From: Spirulina sp.
Lineage (GTDB): Bacteria > Cyanobacteriota > Cyanobacteriia > Phormidesmidales > Phormidesmidaceae
Assembly: GCA_044070495.1 (NCBI GenBank)
Contig: JBIPSI010000027.1
Location: 12,127-76,126, forward strand
Length of the DNA stretch: 64,000 nucleotides
Direction: 5' to 3'
Positions within the stretch are counted from its first letter, which is position 1. Each line of letters begins with the position of its first letter. The notes under the pieces were generated by a model that worked only from the letters and a program-made list of their open reading frames with translations, did no database searches and was not told where the DNA came from. Of this stretch, positions 49,152 through 58,642 are shown piece after piece. Made by a program: the position numbers and the translations under genes.

Positions 49152-50981
49152 ATGGCTAGTTCCTTTTCCTCCCCCACCCGTCCCCGTCGGCCTCGGCGGA
49201 ATCGGTCGCGTGTCCTCGATCAGGGCCGCCCCCAGGGGCAGCGAACGGAACGCACCGCTCGGCAACCCGTGGCCCAAACGGTAAGCGATACCCGCCGTCG
49301 ATTGGTGATCGTGTGGGCGCTGCTAATGGCGATGATGGCCCTGCTAACCGGACGGCTGGTGTGGCTCCAGCTCATGCAGGGGGAAAGCCTCGGCCAGATG
49401 GCGGCTCAACAGCGGGTGCGGCCCCATCAGCCCCAGCCCCTGCGCTACCCCATCGTGGATCGCCAGGGCAACCTGCTGGCGGTGGATCGCATGGTGTATA
49501 CCCTCTACAGCCACCCCAAGCTGTTTGATCGCCCCTTAGAGGAAGTGGCCAGCGCCCTCAGTCCTCTGTTAGAAAAACCTGCTGCCGAATTGCAGGAACA
49601 GTGGGGCACTCAGCCTACAGGCATTCGGGTGATGGATGGCCTCACTGCCGAAACCGCCGACCGCATTCGACAACTGCGGCTAAACGGGGTGGAGTTGGTG
49701 CCTCAACAGCAGCGGTTTTACCCTCAGGAAGATTTGTTTGCCCCCGTAGTGGGCTTTGTGAACCTGGACGGTGCCGCCCAGGCGGGGCTAGAAATCGCCC
49801 AGGAAGACCACCTGCTATTGCCGGAGCGGGATCAGAGTGATCTGGCCTTGGCCCTGGTGAGGGGGCAGGCAGAGAAGGCCACCCTACAACTTACCCTAGA
49901 CAGCCGCCTTCAGCGGGTGGCCCAAAACGCCCTAGAGCGCGTCGTGGCTGAGCGATCCGCTAAGGGAGGATCCATCATGGTGATGAATGTGGAGACGGGG
50001 GAAATGCTGGCCATGGCGGTGGCTCCCACCTATAATCCCAACGAGTATTACCGGGCCGATATGGAGGCGTTCCGCAACTGGGCCATCAGCGACCTCTACG
50101 AGCCGGGGTCTACCTTCAAGCCCATTAACGTGGCCATTGCCCTGGAAGCAGGCGTGCTTCAGCCCGATGAAATGGTGAACGATAGTGGCCAAATTCAGTT
50201 TGGTAAATGGACGATTCGCAACAGCGACTACGCTACCTCCGGAGGTCGAGGCACTATTTCTATCACCGATGTGCTGAAGTACTCTAGCAACGTGGGCATG
50301 ATTCGCATTATGCAAAAGCTGCCCCCCCAAGACTACTTCCAGTGGTTGCAAGAACTCGGCCTGGATCAGCCCTCCGGCATTGATCTGCCCAATGAGGCTA
50401 CGGGGCAGATGAAGGATCGGGAGCAATTTATTCGCAGCCGCGTTGAGCCTGCGACCACGTCCTTTGGTCAGGGCTTTTCCATGACGCCGATCAAAATGAT
50501 GCAGCTTCAGGCGGCGATTATGAACGGCGGACGTCTGGTGACGCCCCACGTCATCCGTGGCATGGTGGCCGAGGACGGTACTTCGCTGTGGCAACCGTCG
50601 CGCCCCATGCCCAAACAGGTTTTTTCAGAACGCACCACCCAAGCCCTAATGCCCATGCTGGAGGCCGTCGTGGCTACGGGCACCGGGAAAGCGTCCCAAG
50701 TTCCGGGCTATCGCATCGGCGGCAAAACCGGAACCGCCCAAAAAGCCCTGCCCGGTGGTGGCTATGGCCCAGGCCGCATCACCAGCTTTGTGGGGGTGTT
50801 GCCCGTGGATAGCCCCCGCTACGTGATCATGGCCATCCTCGACGAACCCAAGGGCGACGACGCCTACGGAGGCACCACCGCCGCACCCCTGGTTAAAGCG
50901 GTAGCCGAATCCCTGGTGGTGTTGGAGGGTATTCCCCCCAGCGACAGGGCAGCGGTATCCGAGGCGGCGAACCAGGAGTAG
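49152..50981 (+). CDS. ftsI: class B penicillin-binding protein (FtsI-like)
   Basis: IVDRQG, EPGSTFK, SSN, KTGT. Confidence 0.88.
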   Translation: MASSFSSPTRPRRPRRNRSRVLDQGRPQGQRTERTARQPVAQTVSDTRRRLVIVWALLMAMMALLTGRLVWLQLMQGESLGQMAAQQRVRPHQPQPLRYPIVDRQGNLLAVDRMVYTLYSHPKLFDRPLEEVASALSPLLEKPAAELQEQWGTQPTGIRVMDGLTAETADRIRQLRLNGVELVPQQQRFYPQEDLFAPVVGFVNLDGAAQAGLEIAQEDHLLLPERDQSDLALALVRGQAEKATLQLTLDSRLQRVAQNALERVVAERSAKGGSIMVMNVETGEMLAMAVAPTYNPNEYYRADMEAFRNWAISDLYEPGSTFKPINVAIALEAGVLQPDEMVNDSGQIQFGKWTIRNSDYATSGGRGTISITDVLKYSSNVGMIRIMQKLPPQDYFQWLQELGLDQPSGIDLPNEATGQMKDREQFIRSRVEPATTSFGQGFSMTPIKMMQLQAAIMNGGRLVTPHVIRGMVAEDGTSLWQPSRPMPKQVFSERTTQALMPMLEAVVATGTGKASQVPGYRIGGKTGTAQKALPGGGYGPGRITSFVGVLPVDSPRYVIMAILDEPKGDDAYGGTTAAPLVKAVAESLVVLEGIPPSDRAAVSEAANQE

Positions 50982-51054
50982 CCTGAGTCGATTACAACGT
51001 TCTACCCTTACCAACAGTTCTCGATAGCGTGAGATGCACCGCTGCTGAGGTCTA

Positions 51055-51122
51055 GATCCCCCCAGTACTTTGCTGTCCCCGCTTTACTCTGTACCCCCCT
51101 TGATAAGGGGGGCAGGGGGATC
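51055..51122. repeat. CCCCCTT..AAGGGGG palindromic dispersed repeat
   Basis: GATCCCCC...CCCCCTTGATAAGGGGGGCAGGGGGATC; same motif as inside 23928-24098. Confidence 0.6.
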
Positions 51123-51161
51123 ATCGCAATGGACTGCACCCACGGAAAAGCCGCTGTCGTA

Positions 51162-51806
51162 TTAGGCATCGACGCAGTCAAAAATAGCGGTTTCCAACTG
51201 CTGTAACGCGGTTTCTAGGTCGTCGTTGACGATCTGCACATCAAATTCGGGGGCGGCGTCTATTTCCACCTGGGCGCGGGCCATGCGGCGCACAATGGCT
51301 TCTTCAGAATCCTTGCCGCGCTGGCGGATGCGTTGTTCTAGTTCATCTAGCGATGGGGGCAGCACAAACAACTGAAGCGCCTGGGGAAAGGTTTCTCGCA
51401 CCTGACGAGCACCCTCTAGCTCAATTTCTAAAATGATCCATTCGCCCTGATCGAGGTGCTGCTGTACGGCGGTTTTGGGGGTGCCGTAGCAGTTGCCCGC
51501 AAACTCGGCCCATTCCAGCAGGTCGCCGTTTTCTACCATGGTTTGAAACTGATCGCGGCTGACGAAGTAGTAGTCTTTGCCGTCCACTTCGCCGGGACGG
51601 GGTTGGCGGGTGGTGGCGGAAATTGAGAGCCGCAGATTGGGATAGCGATCCCTCAGCGCCTTGAGCAACGTCCCCTTGCCGACGCCGCTTGGCCCGGTAA
51701 ACACAATCAGCCGTCCGATGCGGGGGGGAGTCAGACCGGGGAGTCGATCCAGGTTATTGAGGATCTGTTGGTCGAGGTCTGGGGAGGAAGGGGTGCTAAC
51801 AGCCAT
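51162..51806 (-). CDS. gmk: guanylate kinase
   Basis: [29 protein letters not shown]. Confidence 0.95.
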   Translation of the reverse strand: MAVSTPSSPDLDQQILNNLDRLPGLTPPRIGRLIVFTGPSGVGKGTLLKALRDRYPNLRLSISATTRQPRPGEVDGKDYYFVSRDQFQTMVENGDLLEWAEFAGNCYGTPKTAVQQHLDQGEWIILEIELEGARQVRETFPQALQLFVLPPSLDELEQRIRQRGKDSEEAIVRRMARAQVEIDAAPEFDVQIVNDDLETALQQLETAIFDCVDA

Positions 51807-51926
51807 GGCTACGGGGTTTGGATTAGAGAATGGCAGGGTTGGACGAATGGTAAGGGGGCTTTACTCTGTTGATTCGATCTTGAGGGGACAGAACCGGAAA
51901 ACCTTCATTTTAGATAACGACGGCTT

Positions 51927-52661
51927 TTAGGCAAGGGTGGGTACATCAAATAAAACCGTCGTCATGTAGCGTTCGGCCCAGGCGTCGCCAAAGGCTTTTT
52001 CGAGGACGCGGCGGGTTTTGTCGTTTTGTTGTTGTTGGGTGCAGTAGCGGTGCTGTCCGGCCAAAATGGCGGGGGCGGCCTCCGGGGTCGGTTCAGTTGC
52101 TACGGCCTGCTGACAGTGCAGGGTGAGGTAGTCCACAATCAACTGCACAAAGGCGGCTTCCTCTTCGGGGCTGGTGGGGCGAATGAAGCGGCAGTGGGGG
52201 GAAAAAATCGTGCCCCATTCCGGCAGACCACGCTCCTGGGCAAAGGGCGGTGGGGCCAGGGCGGTGAGGGCTTCGTCGTAGGCGGGGGGGAGCGTTTCCG
52301 CTACGGGCGATAAATCCACAATGGCGGCGCTAATTTGGCCTCGCCCCCCCACCAGGTCGCAGCCAAACATGGGCAGGCCGTACTGGGGATTGGGGAACAT
52401 GACACAGTGGAGAATGTCCAGGTTATTCCCGACCTTGGCCAATTCCAGGTGCAGCTTGCGGAACTGGGGCGCTTGGTAGCCGTGATTTTCGATGGTCAGT
52501 CGTTCGCCTTCCAGCTTGCCCTCCACATAGCCCAAATCCTCCGGCAGCGCGTAGGGCGATAGACTCAGATACTCCTGCCACACCGCCTCCATGCGGTTGG
52601 CCAAGTCCCGAATCATGGGGTGCTGCTGTTCCCGCAGGGAAGTCGTAGGGGAGGACGCCAT
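51927..52661 (-). CDS. pcyA: phycocyanobilin:ferredoxin oxidoreductase
   Basis: [39 protein letters not shown]. Confidence 0.95.
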   Translation of the reverse strand: MASSPTTSLREQQHPMIRDLANRMEAVWQEYLSLSPYALPEDLGYVEGKLEGERLTIENHGYQAPQFRKLHLELAKVGNNLDILHCVMFPNPQYGLPMFGCDLVGGRGQISAAIVDLSPVAETLPPAYDEALTALAPPPFAQERGLPEWGTIFSPHCRFIRPTSPEEEAAFVQLIVDYLTLHCQQAVATEPTPEAAPAILAGQHRYCTQQQQNDKTRRVLEKAFGDAWAERYMTTVLFDVPTLA

Positions 52662-52786
52662 GGAATCAGAATACCTATAGTAGACTTTCAGCATATCAGC
52701 CTATGATGGCAGGCTGTTAGCGGCGATACGGTTTCCTGAAGCCGTGGTTTCAAGGTTTGTTGCTGTGTGCTGGATGGGGAAGGCGG

Positions 52787-53845
52787 GTGAAGCTAACCGA
52801 CTGGATTAATTTGGCCCTGTTGGGCATGGCGCTGTTTATTCTGTGGCGCTTTCGACAAATTGTGTTGCTGATGTTTGCCGCTGTGGTGATGGTTACGGCC
52901 CTCAATAGCCTGACGCGGCGGTTTGTGCGGATCTATGGCTGGCCCCGGGATCGGGCGTTGCTGGTCACCTGGGCTTTTGTGGTACTGGGGGGCTTTATCG
53001 TGTTTGGGCTGGTGTTTCCCCTGTTCGCCAGCCAGTTTCAAGAATTGCTGGAACTCACGCCCAAGGGGTTTGCCATCCTCAATGGCTGGTTCGACGACTT
53101 CAAATCTAATCCGCCCGATTGGTTTCCCGGCCAAGATATTCGCCTTCTGCCCGACTTCAGTGAACTGATTCGCCAGGTCACTACCATCAGCACTACGGTG
53201 TTTGGTAATTTCCTGTCCTTTTTCTCCAGTTCTGTGGCCATTGTGCTGCAACTCTTGCTGCTGGTTGTCCTCACCCTGATGATTTTGGCGAACCCCCCGG
53301 CCTACCGCACGCTCCTACTGCGGATGTTTCCCTCTGGCTATCGGCGTCGTGCCGATGAAATCCTGACCAAATGCGAAACCGCCCTTATGTCCTGGCTGGG
53401 GGGTGTGGCCCTGAGTTCGATGTTTGTGGGCACTCTCAGCTTTGTGGGGCTGGTGATTTTGGGCGTCCCCTATGCCTTTGCCCACGCCGTCTTGGCTGGA
53501 ATGTTCAACTTCATCCCCAACCTCGGCCCCACCCTCAGCGCCATTTTTCCCGTCTTTGTAGCCCTGCTGCAATCCCCTAGCAAAGCTCTGATGGTGATTG
53601 TGCTCTACGTCGTGATCCAAAACCTAGAAAGCTACTGGTTCACCCCTATGACGATGCAAAAGCAAGTGTCGCTGTTGCCCGCTGCCACCCTAGTAGCCCA
53701 AATTTTCTTTGCTACGTTCCTTGGCCCCCTGGGGCTAATCCTAGCCCTGCCCCTGGCGGTGGTGAGCAAAACCTGGATCGAAGAAGCCTGGATCAAAGAC
53801 GTTCTCGACCGCGACCCCAAGGTCGATCCCGCCCTGATTCCCTAA
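52787..53845 (+). CDS. AI-2E family transporter
   Basis: multi-TM; NFIPNLGP, QNLES..P, GPLGLILALPL. Confidence 0.88.
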   Translation: MKLTDWINLALLGMALFILWRFRQIVLLMFAAVVMVTALNSLTRRFVRIYGWPRDRALLVTWAFVVLGGFIVFGLVFPLFASQFQELLELTPKGFAILNGWFDDFKSNPPDWFPGQDIRLLPDFSELIRQVTTISTTVFGNFLSFFSSSVAIVLQLLLLVVLTLMILANPPAYRTLLLRMFPSGYRRRADEILTKCETALMSWLGGVALSSMFVGTLSFVGLVILGVPYAFAHAVLAGMFNFIPNLGPTLSAIFPVFVALLQSPSKALMVIVLYVVIQNLESYWFTPMTMQKQVSLLPAATLVAQIFFATFLGPLGLILALPLAVVSKTWIEEAWIKDVLDRDPKVDPALIP

Positions 53846-53929
53846 CCCTTTCCCTATCATCCCTTCCCCATAAACCGGACAACATCCAATTCACGATAAG
53901 ATCGGCGGGTTGCAATCAAGAGAGAACCC

Positions 53930-54292
53930 ATGGCAGATACTCCTAACCCTTCCCCCGACAAGCCCAAGAAAAAAATCATCACCACGGGCAGCAGCGAAGG
54001 TGGCGAACGCGGCGAAGGTGGCGAACGCGGCGAACGTCGTGACCGTGGCGAACGCCGGGGTGGCAAAGGTCGTCGCGGCGGGCGGGGTCGGGAAGAAGAA
54101 CGTAAGCCCGCTGTGCCTCCCGCCCTGATGCGTGGCCCCCGTCCCAAACCCAAGGCCGAAGTTGTGGAAGAAGTGGTCGAGGAAGTGGTCGAAGACGTGA
54201 CGGCTGAGGCCGAACAGGAGGCCGCTGTCGAAGAGAACGCTCCTGAGCAAGCCACGACCGCAGCCCCCGAAGAAACCCCGGCGAATAGCTAA
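53930..54292 (+). CDS. low-complexity hypothetical protein (Arg/Gly-rich then Glu-rich)
   Basis: ATG ORF with biased codons; VPPALMRGPRP core. Confidence 0.65.
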   Translation: MADTPNPSPDKPKKKIITTGSSEGGERGEGGERGERRDRGERRGGKGRRGGRGREEERKPAVPPALMRGPRPKPKAEVVEEVVEEVVEDVTAEAEQEAAVEENAPEQATTAAPEETPANS

Positions 54293-54339
54293 GGTTGCGC
54301 GTCTAAATCCCCTAGTTGACTGACACAGGATTTTGCTCC

Positions 54340-54400
54340 GGGCGCGGCAACCGCGCCCCTCCAGCCCTTGGATAATGTAGGGGGCAGGTCTCCTGACCCC
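54340..54400. repeat. REP-like palindrome pair
   Basis: GGGCGCGG-CAA-CCGCGCCC and GTAGGGGGCAGGTCTCCTGACCCC. Confidence 0.55.
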
Positions 54401-54426
54401 TTTGCATATCTGGGTTCTGGCAGGTT

Positions 54427-55011
54427 TTATGAGTCAACCAGGACGCTTGCCGCCTTCGGATCAACCTTTTGCTCAACGCCAAAGCCCACCAGAACCAGTG
54501 TATCCAGGGGTTGTCCTGGGGCTGGCCGTTGATAGTTGAGAATGCGGCGGATCCGCATATTTGGGTTCACAAGCAGAATGGAATCCACCGAAACCACGCG
54601 GGTGTAGGGGGTGGTCATCAACAGTTCGCGGTTGCTGGCGTCGTAGCGAAAACTGGACACAATGGGGCGGGCTTCTTCGTAGGCTCGGTCGCGCAGATAG
54701 TCTCCGGTAATCACGCCATCGGCCTGCTGCTTGGGCACAAACAAGGCCCGCAATGCCTGGGAGACCTCCTCGCCCTGATCAGAAGTGGTGTGAAAAACGA
54801 GGTTGAACCCCGGCAGGCTGTCAATCTGATCAAGCATTGGGTAGGCGTTGTCCATCAAAACCTGGCGTTTGAGGTCGGGGGTAATGGCCTCCACCTGAAA
54901 ATCTGTGTGGGATCGCTCAATCTTCTGGTGGCTAAGGTAATGGTAGGTGCGCTCAATCGACCAGTGACCGATGCAGCAGTCAAAAAAATAGGTAATATCC
55001 GTCAGATCCAT
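54427..55011 (-). CDS. CpcS/CpeS-family phycobiliprotein lyase
   Basis: FF...G.W..ERTYH, RDRAYEE, RIR.I, G.G.E. Confidence 0.8.
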   Translation of the reverse strand: MDLTDITYFFDCCIGHWSIERTYHYLSHQKIERSHTDFQVEAITPDLKRQVLMDNAYPMLDQIDSLPGFNLVFHTTSDQGEEVSQALRALFVPKQQADGVITGDYLRDRAYEEARPIVSSFRYDASNRELLMTTPYTRVVSVDSILLVNPNMRIRRILNYQRPAPGQPLDTLVLVGFGVEQKVDPKAASVLVDS

Positions 55012-55426
55012 GCCTTGTTCGTCGTAGGACGTCCTCTTTTATCGTACCCTTGCCCTGCGTTGATAGCCTCCGCTGATGGCTGACCAGGTTAAGGGGGTTT
55101 TCGGTAGGAACTGGGGCAAAAAAAGATGGTTGACCTAGACCCAAGGTGAGGCGTATCTGCCGCCGCGTGACCGCCAACGGAGTTCCCAAGGGCTGGCTGA
55201 GGGTGGCAAATCTACTAATTGAGTAAAAATGCTTACCGAATTCCCAGACAGAACCCGTACAATCAACCCCAACCTTGCCCCTGCCTCGCTAAAGCCACCT
55301 TGCATCCCCTGGCCTCGTTGACTATAGTGAAGGGCAGTTGTTAAGAAAAGTAAAATAAAGTTACAATCTATTTAAGTGGATTGACTTTTGGCTTTTCTGC
55401 TTTGTCGTTCTCCTGGATGGTATCCC

Positions 55427-55963
55427 ATGCCCTTCTCCGTTGAAACCGCTCGGATCCTTGCTGAGCCACTGGTAACGGCCTTTTTTCAGGAAACGGCTGG
55501 GGAATGGCGGTCGGAGCGTCGCTACTACACCCTCAGCAGCGGCGAAACCCAGGAGGTGGTGAGCCAAATTGCCATCGAATTTCTAGAGCTAGGGCATCCG
55601 CAACTGCTGCATCTGGCGGAACTACACCACCTTGCCGTCAACGCACCCCTCATTTGCGGGACTTCCGTGGCTTGGGAGAGCGACTATGTGGGCACTGGCA
55701 AAAGGCCCGTCAAAGGGAGCACGCTGTTTGGGGTGCGCGGAACCACCCTATACCGAGACCGTGGCTTTGCCACGAGCAAGCCCGTTACCGCTCAATACCT
55801 CTTCCGCGACAACCGCACCCTCCAACTCAAAACCGAGTACAACGGATCCTCCTTTGAGGAAGAAATTCGTCTGATTGGCCAGCGCTATCGCACCCGACAA
55901 ACGGTCATCTCCCGTGCTGGCGAGGAAATTATGATCGGACAATACTTGGAAACCCGCTATTAG
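55427..55963 (+). CDS. CpcS/CpeS-family phycobiliprotein lyase
   Basis: FF..TAG.WRSERRYY, RDRGF, FEEEIRL, RTR, GQYLE.R. Confidence 0.82.
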   Translation: MPFSVETARILAEPLVTAFFQETAGEWRSERRYYTLSSGETQEVVSQIAIEFLELGHPQLLHLAELHHLAVNAPLICGTSVAWESDYVGTGKRPVKGSTLFGVRGTTLYRDRGFATSKPVTAQYLFRDNRTLQLKTEYNGSSFEEEIRLIGQRYRTRQTVISRAGEEIMIGQYLETRY

Positions 55964-55986
55964 GAGGTCGTTCTCCACGGCTGTTA

Positions 55987-56117
55987 GAGGGCGTCTGAAA
56001 AGGGTTGCTTTAGGTGCGGTTGGTCGCTAGATCGGTGCAAATCTACGGGATTTTTGACGACTGAGGCTGACCTCATCGGTATAACTTGGGACACGCTTCA
56101 GCTTTTCAAACGTCCTC
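55987..56117. mobile_element. 131-bp MITE, copy 2
   Basis: near-identical to 5147-5277; flanks TTA / TTC. Confidence 0.88.
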
Positions 56118-56183
56118 TTCGCCGAATTTTATGAGTGACGCCATAAACTTGAGGGCAGCCCATGGATCAGATGGGTCTCAGGG

Positions 56184-56966
56184 CTAGCTGGAGGCACTGG
56201 TGTAAAACCGGAGGGCGAAGCGCCAGAAGCGGTTGGCCACGAACAGCAGCCCTGCCGCTAAGGCACCGGAGGCCCAAAGCCAGCCTTGCCCCCCCTCCCC
56301 TAGCATGGCTTGGGTGGGGACGGTGGTGAGAAAGGCCACGGGAATCACGAAGGTAAAAAAAATACGGTAGGCGGCGGGATAGCCCACGATGGGAAATCGG
56401 CCCGCCTCTAGCAAACCCCGCAGTACCTCGGTGACGTTATACACCTTGACAAACCAAATGCTGGTGGCCCCCAGCATAAACCATAGGCCATAGAGGCTGA
56501 GGGCACCGAAAATCAACGGCGGAACAGCCCGCAGATAAGCCTCCCACTCTAGTCCGAGGTGCTGCCCCGCATAGGCAATCATCATCAGCCCAAAGGCTAG
56601 GTCGGGCAAGCCCCAGGGGGAAAGGACGCGGGTGGAGAGCCAAAACTGGGAGCTAATGGGCTTGAGCAAGACAAAATCGAGGGTGCCCTCCTGCACCTGG
56701 GTCACAATTTTGTTGAGGTTAGGAATCAGCATGGTGGCCGCAAAGCCCTGAAGCAGCGTGAACATCCCTAACACAAGCAAGGATTCCTCCCACGTCCAGT
56801 CCTGAAACTGATAGCCCGTTCGATAAAACAAAAAGAGCCCGAAGACGCTTCCCGCTAGGTTGCCCAGGCTAGTGAGGGCTGCAATCATAAAATTGATGCG
56901 GTATTCCAGTTCAGCAGCAATGGCCGTTCCCCAAAACAGGACTAATACGTTCCAATAGCGTCCCAT
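56184..56966 (-). CDS. ABC-2 type permease (DUF990 family)
   Basis: EYRINF, GTLDFVLLKP, GRFP, YTSASS end. Confidence 0.88.
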   Translation of the reverse strand: MGRYWNVLVLFWGTAIAAELEYRINFMIAALTSLGNLAGSVFGLFLFYRTGYQFQDWTWEESLLVLGMFTLLQGFAATMLIPNLNKIVTQVQEGTLDFVLLKPISSQFWLSTRVLSPWGLPDLAFGLMMIAYAGQHLGLEWEAYLRAVPPLIFGALSLYGLWFMLGATSIWFVKVYNVTEVLRGLLEAGRFPIVGYPAAYRIFFTFVIPVAFLTTVPTQAMLGEGGQGWLWASGALAAGLLFVANRFWRFALRFYTSASS

Positions 56967-56970
56967 CGCC

Positions 56971-57771
56971 CTAGGCTCCCATGCCGGAATACTGCCGCAG
57001 CCCCCGCCTCCACAGCCAACGGTTGAGGCCCAAGAAGGCGAGCCCCCACAGCACCATGGCCATAAAGCCCTGGGCGATATGGTCGGCCTGGTTGGTAAGT
57101 AAGCTGGCGGGAAAGTAGATTAAGTAAGGAAAGGGCGTCCACAGCACCACGGCCCGCACGCTGTCGGGGAATAGGGCTAGGGGGGCTGTCATGCCAGAGA
57201 GAAAAATGTAAAGCAGAAACCAAAACTGCTCTAGGGCCACGACTCGCTCCGTCCAAAAGGCGAGCAGGGCGAAGGTGTACTGCATCAAAAATCGCAGGCA
57301 GAAGGCGATGGTGACGGCCAGGGCGGCTAGGATGCCGTTGCCAAGACTGGGTAGCCATGCGGCCTGGGGATACAGCACCAAAAATAAGCCAAGCAGCACT
57401 ATCGCAAAGGGGAGGCGGGCAAAGCGTTCCGCGATATGGCTAAAAAAATGTCGCCACACTGGATCCACAGGCTGCAAAAGATAGGGGGATAATTTGCCTT
57501 CGACCACCTCCCGTTCAAATTCCCAAATCACCCACACGACGGTGAATTGGCGCACCAGAAACACCGCTAGAAAGTACTGGATAAATTCCGTGGGGCCGAG
57601 GGCAAACTGCCCACCTTGGGCGGCCTTGGCCCACAACCCCATCAGAATTAGCGGCAGGGTGCCGGAAAGGACCCAAAACAAAAGTTCTGCCCGATATTCC
57701 ACCATGTAGGCATAGTAGACCGACAGCATAACCCGTGACAGTTTCAGGGTTCTGGAAATGGCGTGCTTCAC
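56971..57771 (-). CDS. ABC-2 type permease (DUF990 family)
   Basis: EYRAE, GKLSPYLLQP, LSG..PL..FP, YSGMG end. Confidence 0.88.
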   Translation of the reverse strand: MKHAISRTLKLSRVMLSVYYAYMVEYRAELLFWVLSGTLPLILMGLWAKAAQGGQFALGPTEFIQYFLAVFLVRQFTVVWVIWEFEREVVEGKLSPYLLQPVDPVWRHFFSHIAERFARLPFAIVLLGLFLVLYPQAAWLPSLGNGILAALAVTIAFCLRFLMQYTFALLAFWTERVVALEQFWFLLYIFLSGMTAPLALFPDSVRAVVLWTPFPYLIYFPASLLTNQADHIAQGFMAMVLWGLAFLGLNRWLWRRGLRQYSGMGA

Positions 57772-57881
57772 AGATGCGACCAATACCGAAGACGAGGGAT
57801 GTCCTGCCCTCACTCTAAGCCTCAATCCGATTAAATGCTAGCGGTGCGTAAATCTCTCCGGTGGTTTGGAATCAGGGCCAT

Positions 57882-58403
57882 CTAGGCTCCCTCCTCCTGT
57901 TTGGCATAGGTGCTGAGACGGTGGCGCACCTGGGCGAGGGTGGTGGCGTCTTGAAGCCACTGTTCCTGATAGCTGGGCTGCCAAACGGGCTGGCCGGGAC
58001 GGTTTCGCCGTAGGTTAATGCGTTTAGCGGCGGTGGCTTTGAAGCTAGCAATAAAAGACGAGAGTAGCCAGGGTTTTGGGGTCGTCTGGGCTGTAGAAAT
58101 CCCGGTCTGAATGGCGCTGAAGGCGGGAGACTGGATATGCACGATGCCACAGAGTTCGTCGGGTGTGATGATCCATTGGTCGATTTCAACGCCCTTACGA
58201 TGGGTGGCGGAATGTACCCACGCATCGGCCACAATGGTTCCGTACTCGCTGGGGTAAAACTGCCCCGCCTGATAGTGCCCCAGGAGGATCTGCTGCGGAT
58301 GAATCGCGAGGCGGATGAAATAGGCTTGAGTTTCAGGAAGAAGCGTCAACGGCGTTACCCTTGTACCAATGGAAGGATCAGGGGGGGATGGACCTCGCAT
58401 CAT
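57882..58403 (-). CDS. RAYT / IS200-like tyrosine transposase homolog lacking catalytic residues
   Basis: YFI, IDQWIITPDELCGIV, LSSFIASFKA.AAKRIN, VWQPSY. Confidence 0.7.
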   Translation of the reverse strand: MMRGPSPPDPSIGTRVTPLTLLPETQAYFIRLAIHPQQILLGHYQAGQFYPSEYGTIVADAWVHSATHRKGVEIDQWIITPDELCGIVHIQSPAFSAIQTGISTAQTTPKPWLLSSFIASFKATAAKRINLRRNRPGQPVWQPSYQEQWLQDATTLAQVRHRLSTYAKQEEGA

Positions 58404-58642
58404 CGGGATGGCTCCTCAATGCACCACGGTCTCTAGCGTGCCCAGACGCAAGCCATCGCCATCATCGGGGGTGAGGCAATGTGACGATCCGGTTGAGGGT
58501 TGTCCTAGGGCTAAGCCTTGGTCGGCGGATGGGGATCCTTCGTATGGTCAGTCGTGGCTGAATCTCGGCGTGGGGTTGTCTATCCTGTTGTGGGCTGCTA
58601 GTGCGTTGAGCCATGGGTGGATACCCTGCACTGGTAACGCCG

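Noticed and set aside
57882..58403. active IS200/IS605 element
   Set aside because: catalytic residues appear absent; no tnpB or flanking hairpin ends recognised
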